From Strigamia acuminata (taxonomy: Eukaryota), in assembly GCA_949358305.1 (NCBI GenBank), contig OX442314.1:12834001-12898000 (forward strand): a DNA stretch of 64,000 nucleotides. The letters run 5' to 3'. A program made the translations under genes and the position numbers. Below the pieces are notes generated by a model. That model was not told the origin of the DNA. It was given only the letters and a program-made list of their open reading frames with translations, and did no database searches. This document shows, piece after piece, positions 1 to 11,895 of the stretch (the stretch's first letter is position 1; each line of letters begins with the position of its first letter).

Positions 1-844
1 AATCTTCAAGGATCTTAATTCATATGGGAGTTAAGTAACTCCCTTTTTTAATTTCAAAATATTAAAAAATGTCCTCTCCTATCAATGTCTACACTTCAAG
101 GTTAACCAACATAGTCAGTAATAAATCATAAAAACAATCCACCCCTAAAACAAAATTAATTTTATATATATATTAATTATTATAATTTTTATAATTTTTT
201 TAATTTTTTAATTAAAAAAAAAAAAAAAAATTTTTTCGATACGAAAATTGTAAAAGTATTTATTTTCTAATCCAGCACATTTATCTGGGAACGAAGAGCC
301 ACAAAAGAGATAAGCAACGGGACAAACTGGGTTCTCGTTGGCCTTCGGGGGAGAATGGTCACGTCACTGGATGGGGGGAAGTAGGCCACGCGGGCCTGCC
401 AAGCAGAGAGGAGGAGCTGAAGCCACAAAACGAGCTCACTCGTCGACTTGGCGTTCAGTAGCCACGTGGACTCCGTAGCAAAAGTGAAGAAAACTTACCA
501 TATAAATCGGAGCCATCGTCTAATGACTAAACCCTCAACGTAACAAATTCACACCAGGTAAAACATTTAACTATAGCAACAGGCAGACCTCTCCCTCCCC
601 CCGCACCCCCCAAAAACCCTAAAAAAAAATCGGAGTCGTGAGGACTTGAATTGATGCTCGAGGGAACGAAAAAACCAATTTTACTCGCCCGCAGGAAATA
701 GAAGCTCCACCTGGATGCAACTTTCCCTTTCAATTACCCTTGTCATGTATACATAACTGTATAGTGGAGAAGATACCCTCATCGCCAGGAAAAAAAAGAG
801 CGACCTTTGGTGTGGTTTTGCATATGTATTAGTGTGGAAGTACC

Positions 845-876
845 TATATAAAGAGTCGACTAACGACAGCTTCAGT
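845..876 (+). promoter_or_regulatory. Core promoter of peroxidase gene 1: TATA box plus arthropod-type initiator
   Basis: TATATAAA at 845-852 and TCAGT at 872-876 (A+1 at 874, TATA at -29). An ATG follows at 896 and a GTAAGT donor at 919. Confidence 0.7.
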
Positions 877-895
877 ATCCCCACGCCGGCCTTCG

Positions 896-3686
896 ATGAG
901 AACGGACAATCGTTACAAGTAAGTTCTCGTTTGTTAAATATTTAATTAATTATTTTCTTGCTTTTTAAACATTAATGGCGAAGTATCGCTTGACCTTGTT
1001 CGACTACACCGGTCTTTAAACACGTCCTGAGACTCCCAATTGCAGTCCTTTCGTTGTTTTTAGACACTAAATGACGTTGGAGCGTCGTAAGACGGTCAAA
1101 ACAAAGATAGTTTATGCCATTTGTGTCATTGCCGAGTCATGGCCAATGGATTTAACTCGTAGAACTTAGTTAGAGGAATATAAATTAATTGACGTCTACA
1201 GTGGCCTCGGATCAGACAAGTCTTGTGTGGGGAAAAGTATTAATCCCACTGGGGTTCCTGGGTGCAATTAAAGCGGATTAGCTTGGAGAATTGAGGTAAT
1301 TGGAGATGAAACGTCAGTCAAATTATGTAAGCTGCAAAGAAATGAGATTCTTCAAGAAATTCACTCCGTTTTTGAAAAATTTGTAATTTAAATTCCAAAT
1401 GAGACTGAAAGGGAATGATGGTCCATTGAGATCAAAGAGGAATAAATGGAAGTTTTCTTTCGCACGGATGAGAAAATGTTATAATTTATTCTTGTCATGA
1501 GGTCCATTTGGGTCAATGCTGATCTTATACTCTGCACCCAAATAACCGTTGCTTTTTCCTTTAAAACAAAATTGTCATCTTTAGTAGATTTTCCTGACCT
1601 TCAACCTTCGAATGCAAACTCGAATTTTTGACGAGTACAGTGTCAATGTCTGACATAATGAACTCTTTGGACGACCTGTTTTCTTGACACCTACGCATAA
1701 GAATTTGCACAATTGCGCGGCAATGAATACGTGGATCCAAATGAATCGATTTGGAGGCCCTATCGTGTTAGATAGGGCCCGTAGGATTGTTCCGAGTATG
1801 TAATCTCGTAATTGTGTTGTAGGAAAATGTCTTCAGATGTTCACAACAAATTCGGAAATCTCTCCGGAAGGAGGTCATCCCAACTCACATATAGTAAACG
1901 GTTTCCTTTAATTTGTACCTTGACCTATATTGCACAAACCCATGAATGACGTCAAATACTGCCATTTCCGAGCTTATACAAACAATGAATTCATTTTTTG
2001 TAAAAATTGATATTTTTTTTTTAATTTTAAATTTTATAAAAAAAAAAATTAAATTTTTTTTAAATTTTTTTTTTAAATTTCCAGATATAAAATGTTACAA
2101 TTGCCGTTAATCAACTGGTTGATTTTATTGTTAAACGCACCGTCCATCTTTTCACATCCATCTTTACTGGAAGATAATTTTTTCCACGACTCAGGTAAGA
2201 AAGAAAAGAAAGAAAAAATTGAAAGAAAAATAAACAAACAATTAGGCCTAATTTCAATACAGTTCACTCAACTTTTTCCCTCATTTTTGCCATCCTATAT
2301 ATACAAAAATCCCATAACAAAAAGAAATTTTATTTTCAATTGCAATAGAAACGAACATATTTCTCCATTTTCAACTTACAAAAAAAAAAAAATAAAAGAA
2401 AGAAGAAAAAAAAACAACGGTAATTCCGGTTTTAAGTCAAACATGCTTGAATGGATAATGATTTCACTTGTGAGCTAATCTAGTTGCATTATCAATACCA
2501 ACCATATAAGGCAAGCAAAATGGAATCACACGAATTCTCCACAAGAAATGAATGCTAAGATAAGCCTACTTTTCACCCATTAATTTCATTCAGCGTAAAA
2601 ATCATTTCGGTTTGCACCTGTCTAAAAAAAATAAAGGCATCAACCTTACCGTATGACCTTGACAGAGCTCAGTCAGTCGCCAAACCAACGACCTTCAGCC
2701 GTCAGCAACTGCAACTGCCCCCGACTGATAAACCGATGAACCCCGTTTATTGATACCAATTATCAAATGCCACCTTTTCTAATTAATTAATTAATTTTAT
2801 TTTTTCTAGTTCTCTCTCGGCACGCGCGCCAAGCAAGTTGCAACCAAGCAGACAGGTTTCGAACTGTCGACGGATCGTGTAATAACTTGAAAAACACCTT
2901 ATGGGGTAAATCAAGAACACCCTACAACAGATTCCTGCCGGCTCATTACCGCGACGGTGAGTTCAACCTTAACCAAACACAAACATGCACTTGAATTGTA
3001 TTACAAACAATTTCACGGCCAATTTTCCAAGTGTTTGACTTCAAACAACCTGTCACGTGAACGATGCCCTCATTTAATTACGTAATGTGCCATTAGCGAA
3101 CGAATTGTCTCAACCTGTACAGAAATACGAAAACGACAATGCACTTTTGAGTGAGAACTCACGATCCGTGTCTCGTTATTATTCTCTCTTCATCGCCCAA
3201 CTGGGTATTAAAACGAAAAATACGAAACCAAAATCTCAATTATAAATAGGCAAAGTAGGTCGACAACTGAAAAGAAAGTTTAGCGCGATAATGTACTTTA
3301 ATTAGAGCTTTAAACTTGTAATTGTACACTAATTAAATCGGGCGATAAGTTTGATTCAATGAAACAAAAAAGGTAATAGACATCGATTTTTTTTCTTTTC
3401 CAGGAAGAGATTCTCCCGGCCGAAGACGGGACGGCAACGATTTGCCGAATGCGAGAGAAATGACGCTTCGGCTCACCCCAGATCTTCCCATCGAAAACGC
3501 AACTCTTTCGCACATGTTTATGATGTGGGGCCAGTTTGTCGGACACGACGTCACAAATAAGCCGCGAGCTATTGGTGAGTTGGGTTGAAAACGGGTCGGA
3601 TGTCACTGGAACTCTCCACACACGAACCCGGAAGTAGGAAAAAAATGTCCTTAATTCTTGTTCAACATTAATTTGCTTTTATTTAA

Positions 3687-3718
<32 letters not shown>

Positions 3719-6700
3719 TTTCTTGTTTTCGAATTATTCAAAACAAAAGTGTGTTTTGTTCTCTTCGTAGCTCGAGGTCCAGACAGGACGGAAATCAAAT
3801 GTTGCGAAACGCCGAGAAATCAATGGCCAGATAACTGTTTTCCAGTCATGTTTCCGCAATTCGATCCGTTTTATTCCAAGTTCAATAAAAGTTGCATGGA
3901 ATTCACCAGATCGACACCATTCACCGGACAAGGATTTCCATCAAGTAAAAATTCCTAAATACTCATTCTGCACCTTCTCAAGTGTGTTCTTATTCTTAAT
4001 CGTTGTGTCTTCTGCCATGCGGATATGGCATTTTTGTCTTATCGTTAAAAGATAATACCCACAAGTTGCACCCCCACTTTATTACCTTATAAATCTGTCT
4101 AAAACATAATTGCACTTCGGCTTCCAAGAAATAACTTACACTTCACATTCCCACGAGCGGATTGACCAGACGAGAGATCTGCAAGCCTCAAAGAACCGAC
4201 TTATTTTTACAGAAATGGGCGTTTTGCTATAAAAATGGGCCATTTTCACGGCTTAATAGACCATTGGGCCCGCCACAAAAATAAAACTACCAATTAACAC
4301 TGTCATAATGTTACTCTGCATTGGTTTTTCTCATAGTGGGGGCAACCATTGTTACGATCACATGATCATATGACCTGACCTTATTTTTCCAAAGGTCAAT
4401 TGGTGGTCATTTTGAAGATAATCAAAAATTATCAACTCTGCTCTGTTTTGGTTGTCAACTAGTCTGCCCTGATATCATGATGCCAAATTCCAACGCTAAA
4501 TTCCGTTTTTTGTACACAAAAATACAAGTCTAAAATTGTTTAATGAACACAAAAATACAAGTCTAAAATTGTTTAATGAACACAATTGAATAGTGGTCGT
4601 TTCCTGTGTGCACAGACAGGAATTTTCCAGTTGGATTTTGGCATCAAGGTACCACCGGGTTCAAATTGTGGGTAAGCTTATGTTCATTCATAATCATAAG
4701 TCACTTAGGTAAGAAAACGTGACAAGTAGTGGCATTCAATTGTTGAAGATAAGTACCGTAAAGTATTCTCTGAAGATTTCATCCTGAATGCTGTTTTATT
4801 TACAAAAAAAAGCCAAAAAAAAAACTACTTTAATATGCACCACTTTCCGTATATCTACTGAAGCTAAAGCTTAGTACTCATAAGCAGTTTCCTACGTAGG
4901 AAACCAGACTCCCCACAGAAATTTTGCCTACAGAAAAAACGGGTACTCACAAATGTCATTCCAGTCTTGGAATGTCTGTGAGATATGTTCTGTAACTTTC
5001 TGGCATGTCGATGCAACGGAAAGCCGATCTTCGTTTCAAGGCACAGAAACTTCTGTGGCACAAAAAGTAGTAATCGGTCTTGACAATTTGTGACCAGTCA
5101 TAATTTTTTTTAACCGGTCTCAAATATGGCAGCAATCAGTTCTGCCAACAAATGCAAACAACTGTATATTCTATTTATAAAAATAGATTATTAGTGTATA
5201 AATAAAATTAAAAATTAAAAACAAACTAGCAAACTTATTCATCATAACTCCAAAAGTAGCCTTAAAATTTTTATTGGCATCCATCTTGTTTCTTTATCAT
5301 GACCATTCACCATTTCTTTTCTGTTGCATAGAGCCGTGAATCCCACAAAAAGTCTGGTGTGACAGACTGGCACATGTTCTGCTACCAGATGATTCTGATA
5401 GGCTTTTCTGTCAAGTCTATACACACAGAAAAGTCTGTGGGCATACACTTCTGTTAGCAGATGATCTTAACAGAAGTAATCCGTAAAGAAACCAAATTTT
5501 TTCAGCATTTTTTTGTAACATTTTACCATAGTGATGGTCCACAGACTTAAGATATAACGATAAGATATAGCGAGCAAGAGGCTGTCAGTCCGCCACTTTA
5601 CCGTTGAAACACACTCACATTATGTGTACTTAGTAGAGCAATGTTAGCTTACCGGACCGTAACACCTTGGGATAAAAAATACTCGTCCGGTACATTAAAT
5701 AGATTGAGAAGCGCTGTTCTAATTAAAACAAGTGATCAAGTGAAACAGGTGAAAAATGGTGAGCCATTCCTAACCTTTCTAACTGTTCGTAAAACAATCT
5801 TCAGTTATGAAACAATATTTCTTTAAAAGCAAAGTATGCTACCGGTAACATAAATTTACCATGTGCAATTACGGATTTCTATAAGTGAGACAAAGAGATC
5901 GTTAGAGGGGACTAGTAATCGTTTTAAAACTAATCTTTCAGTAAATATACACAACGCATCTATAAAATTAAATGACAAACATTTTCCAAATTGTTGTAAA
6001 GAAGCTGATATTCTGTATTTTGTCAATACAGTACAAGCAATATTCACCGCTATTCGCACGGGTAACCACTAGTATTTTTTAAACCAGTCTAAATGTAAAA
6101 TTTAACAAGTAATATTTCACATTTCGACTGGTTTAAAAAATATAAACGAGTTTAAATTATGAATGTACCTGCATGTATAAAATTCATGGTTCGTAAGTGA
6201 CTCATACACACAAGGCACCAATTGATCTACTTATCTTCCGAGATAGAAATGACTTATTCATTGCCCATGAGCAGTGCCTTTTCGAGTTGAAGCAGCAACC
6301 ATTTGGACACTGCCCAAACTCACCAAGACCCATTTGGTTGTTAAATTAATGTGTTCAGACGTGACTTAAGGTGGAAACACAAGGGAGTAGGTAAAATTCC
6401 AAAGCTTGCGAGTACAAGTTTAAAGAGGGAGTCATTTACAAGTTCACTTCACCCGCTTTTGGCTAACCAGCTTAACTGGCAAACTCAAGCTAGCTAGGTA
6501 GCTAGCCAGAAATTCCTGCCAAAATCTCCTCCAAGAATTTCCTCACGATTCTGATTGGCTGTCAAAGTCACATGACCAAAACACCAGCAAGCTTGAAGCT
6601 GGTAAATCAAACAGTTTGATAGGACCGGGTGAGGAGTACAAGCTCGATTCAAAACAAAGCTTTGAATAAAAACGCAAGCTTGTGTTTGATCAAGCGGGCG

Positions 6701-9700
6701 AGTTTTTAGCCGCTTTTTCAAGTAAAAGCAATCTTTTAAATTTTACCCGCTCCCTTGTGTTTCCACCTTTAAGCCTAGTACTCATAACACCATTCCGTCC
6801 TTGGAATGATAACAGGAATCAAAGTCTTAAGTTTCCTACCAAGGGTGGTACTCATAAAAATATTGTTTAGACTCTGAACCACCCTTGCACGTGGAAACGA
6901 ATTGTTTCCGGCCCCGATGGTGCAAAATTTAATTGTTTCAGACTCTGAATAAATTTTGTTTACCCAGAATTCCCTTGTTTTTCATCTAAAATTTGCAACT
7001 GGTCACAACCGGTTGCAAACAAAGACACCCAACTACCACAATTGAACACGTTGTTTGTTTTTCTAATTTCTGCACATGGTGACATATACACACCACCGAC
7101 AGCAGCCAGTATTAAACCCAAACAAACATCTTCATAGTCATCTTCAGCCTCAGATAAGTCGGACAAAGCTTCATTGCCATTGCCATTGCCAGCCATTTGC
7201 AAAACAAGCAACAATGCCTCACACCGTTTAAGAGTACGGAACCTTTCCGGTGACAATTTCATGAGTACCACAAATTTATCAGACTCTGAATAATAAGAGG
7301 ATAAAACATTCCGCTTGAAATGGTGCTGTTGAAAAATTAAGACTGTAAAAATATTTAGACTCTGAAAGCTTATGAGTACTAGGCTTTAAGGAAAAGAAAA
7401 AAGAAAATTCTACGCACCCAATGTTTTCTCCTTTAATGAATTAAACACACCTCCCCACCCGACAAAGGTTCCACGTCTCTTATTTGACTGTTTGTTTTGG
7501 CACAGTCCTCTATAGACAGAGATAGCCTTTGCCACCTGCCTGTCAAACAAGTAACCCAAGTCCTCCGCTTCAAAACTCTTTTCTTTTTCCAGCCATGATT
7601 AATGAATGCGAGTGTCACCATGTCCCATAGCTCATAACATATTAACAAGACCAGAACTATTGTTTTTATTTAGATCAAAGGCAACAGAGTAATGGAAACA
7701 CTTGTTACATCGATGGATCTACCGTTTATGGGTCCACTGCAACCAGGGCGAAATTACTGAGGACTTTTCAAAATGGTATGATACACTTATTGTCATCTTT
7801 GTGCACTTCCTCTTACGGTTCACGACTTGCCATTGACTGACACTGATGCAGTCTTCTTCCTTACATGGACTTATTTCCTGTAAACTACCATTAGAAGGCC
7901 GAGGACAAAGGCGTGGGTGTCATTTTAAATCAATGGGCGTGGCTGAGAATGAGAAAGAATACATTATCAGATCTTAACTTTAAACACGGACAAAAAAGAA
8001 ATGTAAATGGGTCTGTAATGAAGTGGGACAGTGGTTAAAATTCAGGTCAGTTTGTTTTTTCTTTACCCATATGTTTCCAAGTGATTGATTTCGGATTACA
8101 ATGGAAGCAAGTTTATTTCCAGCATTGTTGAAGCATATTGTTTTTTTAAAAAAAAAATTTTTTCACACGTCTGTTTTATATTTTTATTTATTTTTATTTT
8201 TATATTTATTTGGTTCAAAGGTTTGCTCAAATCTACACCACAATTTGGAAAACACCTGCTACCTAAAAATGCCGCCGACTGTGGCCCGGTTGATGTCAAA
8301 TGTTTTGAAGCCGGTAAGGTTGAAATATGTTCTTATTGCTTTGCAGTGCGTTAGAACTTTGCTCACGAAAACGCCATGAAAAATAAGAATGCGGTAAAAT
8401 AATTCAAGACATGACTTTAAAATTCATGAATCGAGAGCAAAGCTCTAAAGGTATTGTATTCCGCCAAAAGAATTCGAAAACAATTCAAAATACAAATTTT
8501 ACTACAAATCGACACAAGTAAGATACCAATCGAACCTAGTTACAACGAATTGCAAGGGTCCCGAGAAATCTAAGTGAAAAAATTTAATTTGCGGGTATTA
8601 GTGTTCCTAAAAAACTTGTTCGTTACAACGAATAATTTTTACAATTAAAATTCGTTATATCGAATATTTTGTACAATTAAAATTCGTTATATCGAATAAT
8701 TTTTACAATTAAAATTCGTTATATCAAATAATTTGTACAATTAAAATTCGTTATATCGATAAATTTGTACAATTAAAATTCGCTATAACGAATAATTTGT
8801 ACAATTAAACTTTCGTTATACCAAATAATTTGTACAATTAAAATTCGTTATATCAAATAATTTGTACAATTAAAATTCGTTATATCAAATAATTTGTACA
8901 ATTAAAATTCGTTATATCGAAATTTTGTTAACATGTTCATTGGCCAACCAACCAAGTCATTTTCAAAAATTCGTTAAATCTTAATTCGTTATAACGAAGA
9001 TCGACCTCCCATCAAACTGTATTGTTTGTATCGTCCTTAGACACGAACAGGCGACAAAGCCATTAAACTGCGTTTTACAGAAACCATAGAAACGGATGTA
9101 ACAGTGAAATAAAAAATTAATTTCACTAACACTTAAACGACAAAAGATCAAACAGCCACGAGCACGTTCGAAATAAATAATAAAACTGGGTGGGAATCAA
9201 ATGTCAACAAACGCAATAAACAATAAATCGCCTAATGGCTTTTCTTTCAAACTACTGTATATTTACTTAATTCCAGGCGATATCCGAGTAAACATGTTCC
9301 CTGGACTGGTTTCCATGCACACTTTATGGATGAGAGAACACAACAGAATCGCCACAATTCTCGGCCAACTTAACCCACATTGGGACGACGAACGAATTTA
9401 CCAGGTAACCAAACAACTCTTATTTCAACAACTAAATCTCATATTGACCTTTCCCTCCAAGGAAACACGCCTGATTGTTGGAGCCATGATTCAACACATC
9501 AGCTTTAAGGAATATTTGCCCAAGTTGCTGGGCCCCATTCTCATCGATTGGTGGGGCTTGACTCTACAAGATCAAGGCTTCTATACCGGTTATAACCCCA
9601 CCGTCGACCCTAGTATATCCAACGCTTTCTCGTCTGCCGCTTTCCGTTATGGACACAGCTTAGTCCAATCATCGTTTAAAAGGTCAGCTCTGGAGAGTCG

Positions 9701-11895
9701 ATTTTTCAATATTGCTTTGAGGTATTAACACAATAAAATTTCGTGTTTCGCACACAGATATACAGGAGAGCACACCCCGTTACCATCACCTCTTCTGGGC
9801 GAAGAATTTTTTAATAATTCTGCGTTTAATAAACCCGGAGAAGTGGACAGAATTTTGTTGGGTTTAGTGAACGAACGAATACGAGAAATGGATAATTTCT
9901 TCACCAGTCAAGTATGCAATCGCAGCTCTGGTATTTTAAGTTTCTGGGTGTTTAATTTGGTTTTGTTTTAGTTGACGAATCACCTGTTGGACGGCGGTGA
10001 AGGATTTGGAGACGATTTGGTGGCCACAACTATTCAAAGAGGCCGTGATCACGGTATTCCCCCTTATAACGCGTGGCGTGAATTCTGCGGTTTACCGCGG
10101 TTACGAAGTTTTGCCGATTTGCGAGACATGATGTCGGAAGACAACATCAAATTGATGGAGCAGTTTTATGGGTAAATGGAGCAGTTAATTCCATACTTAT
10201 CGGCTTAATTAGAACGATATTTTTCTTTTTCTTTGCAGGAATGTTGATGATATCGAGTTATATCCAGCTGGATTAATTGAGTGGCATGTGTTAGGCGGAA
10301 TTATTGGGCCCACTTTCTCTTGCATAGTGGCCCAACAATTTCACAATTTACGAAATGGAGATCGATTTTGGTACGAAAATGGAGGCAAACAAGCGTCATT
10401 TACAATGGGTAAATTATTACTAAATATATATATACTGTATATCATAAGTAGGTATGTGCAAAATTGCGTTATATCACAATGCGATTATTTTTTGGTGTAA
10501 TATCGCAGCTAAAGTACCGGTAGTCAGTAGCTGTCATTTGCAATATATTGCAATATCGCATATCACAATATATCGCGATATGCGATGTATGCGATTTACC
10601 GAACGTCTTGCGAATACATTTGCTTAATTTTATTTTCATATTTTTAATTTCAATTTGTTTTTAATAATTTTTTTTTAAATACCGGTATGCCATTTGGTGT
10701 GTAGCAATAAATTGCGATATTGCAATATTTTGCGATATTGCGATATCTTGCGCTATTGCGATACCTTGCGCTATTGCGATATCTTGCGCTATTGCGATAT
10801 CTTGCGCTATTGCGATTACACCACTTATCCTAAGCGATATATCGTGAATGCAATTTATCGCAAAAAAAATCGCCAAACTGCAGTATCGCATTCGCATGCA
10901 CTTCAAAGAGTAATCACACAGGCCTTATCATAAGGGCACACTGGGCACTCGTCTTGGGTCACACATTTCTAGGACCCCATTTTAGTTGATCAGTTTACCC
11001 AAAATAAAAATAAAATAAATTTTTTGCCAATTTGATACCAGAAATCAGAATAGAAACATTTTTATGCTTATTTTGGTTTTATTTTACTAATAAAAATTGA
11101 TGGGCCATTTGCTGCCATTGCCCAGGGTTCCAATGCATGTCGCACCAGTTCCTGTCTATTTGTCACGTTTGATCATGGTGTAGTTGTTCAATCATGCAGC
11201 GCTTGCGGATGCCACAGCAAATTCGCTCCCCCGTGACACCTGCCCCTAGACTAATTTGCCATAAACAACTTTATTTCTTGTTAAAAAATCAAAGTTGTGT
11301 AAACATTTGAGATAAAAGTTAACTCAACGCTTGGCAAATGCAAAAATCCAAACAAAACGTACGATTATACTCTGGCAGACCATAAGAGTGGCCTTTATCC
11401 CATTGGCCGAGCCATTTTACTGATGTACTGATACAAAAAAAATAGACCAAAATACCAGAATTGCATTAGATGTCCAGACATTGCAATCGATTACGCGGAT
11501 TACCTATTGTACATTCCTTCATTTTAAGGCCATTGTGTATAAAAAAATTTTAAAACACGACACATAACTAATTCCGTTTGCATATTTCCCCTTGACCCCT
11601 GACGACGATTAGAAATGTAATTCTTAATTTTTCTTTCGTAGAACAATTAAATGAAATTCGTGGTGTATCGCTAGCGAGAGTTGTTTGTGACAATACAGAC
11701 CTTGCACGTACAGTGCAACCAATGGCCTTACAACCACCACTAAGAAGGTGAGTTAGTTAATTAAAATAAAATGTCTTACCTTGAAAAATCATCATAATTT
11801 TGCATCCAAATTGCAGTAATCAAAGAGTGCCATGCAGAAGTTTACGTCCGTTGGACTTGTCCTGGTGGAAAGAAACAAATGAAGCATTCCGTTAG
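896..11895 (+). CDS. Secreted animal heme peroxidase 1 (peroxinectin/chorion-peroxidase-like), 14 coding exons, ~625 aa
   Basis: Exons 896-918, 2085-2194, 2810-2956, 3404-3574, 3771-3944, 7674-7775, 8221-8313, 9277-9404, 9462-9682, 9758-9911, 9972-10171, 10239-10408, 11642-11747, 11817-11895. All are GT-AG and total 1878 nt in frame. Motifs: hydrophobic N-terminus, FRTVDGSCNN, MWGQFVGHD, TCYIDGS, GDIRVNMFP, REHNRIA, AFRYGHS, QRGRDHG, GDRFWYEN. An alternative start is the in-frame ATG at 2092. Confidence 0.93.
4514..4585. repeat. Exact 33-bp tandem duplication in an intron
   Basis: ACACAAAAATACAAGTCTAAAATTGTTTAATGA occurs twice plus a partial third copy. It lies between short inverted arms TGATGCCAAATTCCAAC (~4478) and GTTGGATTTTGGCATCA (~4630). 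Confidence 0.85.
4868..5634. mobile_element. Degenerate PIF/Harbinger-like non-autonomous element
   Basis: The left end TAA|AGCTTAGTACTCATAA nearly matches the TIR of the 6772-7385 element. A decayed right end TTATGTGTACTTAGT lies near 5620-5634. Internal palindromes of the form CACAGAAA..TCTGTG are present. Confidence 0.4.
6045..6073 (+). mobile_element. Helitron-like 3' terminus
   Basis: An imperfect GC hairpin CCGCTATTCGCACGG is followed after a short spacer by CTAG|T, the usual Helitron 3' arrangement. The 5' end was not located. Confidence 0.4.
6369..6768. mobile_element. PIF/Harbinger-type MITE A (400 bp)
   Basis: TIRs AGGTGGAAACACAAGGGAG(TA/CG)GGTAAAATT at both ends, flanked by TTA at 6366-6368 and 6769-6771. 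Confidence 0.85.
6772..7385. mobile_element. PIF/Harbinger-type non-autonomous element B (614 bp)
   Basis: Perfect TIRs AGCCTAGTACTCATAA / TTATGAGTACTAGGCT, flanked by TTA at 6769-6771 and 7386-7388. Internal motifs AGACTCTGAA (x4) and GGTACTCAT are repeated. Confidence 0.85.
8527..9005. mobile_element. pogo/Tigger-like MITE carrying an internal 32-bp minisatellite
   Basis: Ends TCGAACCTAGTTACAACGAA and TTCGTTATAACGAAGATCGA are inverted and resemble Tigger-type CAGTCGAACCTCG.TATAACGA termini. Confidence 0.6.
8619..8925. repeat. 32-bp minisatellite, about 9.5 copies
   Basis: Unit TTCGTTATATCRAATAATTTGTACAATTAAAA repeated head to tail with few substitutions. Confidence 0.95.
10712..10817. repeat. 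18-bp (2 x 9-bp) tandem repeat within a GCGATA-rich, probably hAT-derived insert (~10449-10900)
   Basis: TTGCGCTATTGCGATATC units. GCGATA/TATCGC motifs recur on both strands across the surrounding ~450 bp. Confidence 0.75.

Noticed and set aside
8619..8925. CRISPR-like regular 32-bp repeats
   Set aside because: The units are head to tail with no unique spacers, the context is a eukaryotic intron, and there are no cas genes.
10661..10933. ORFs with ILRYCD / IAIAQD repeats
   Set aside because: They are translations of an 18-bp intronic DNA repeat.
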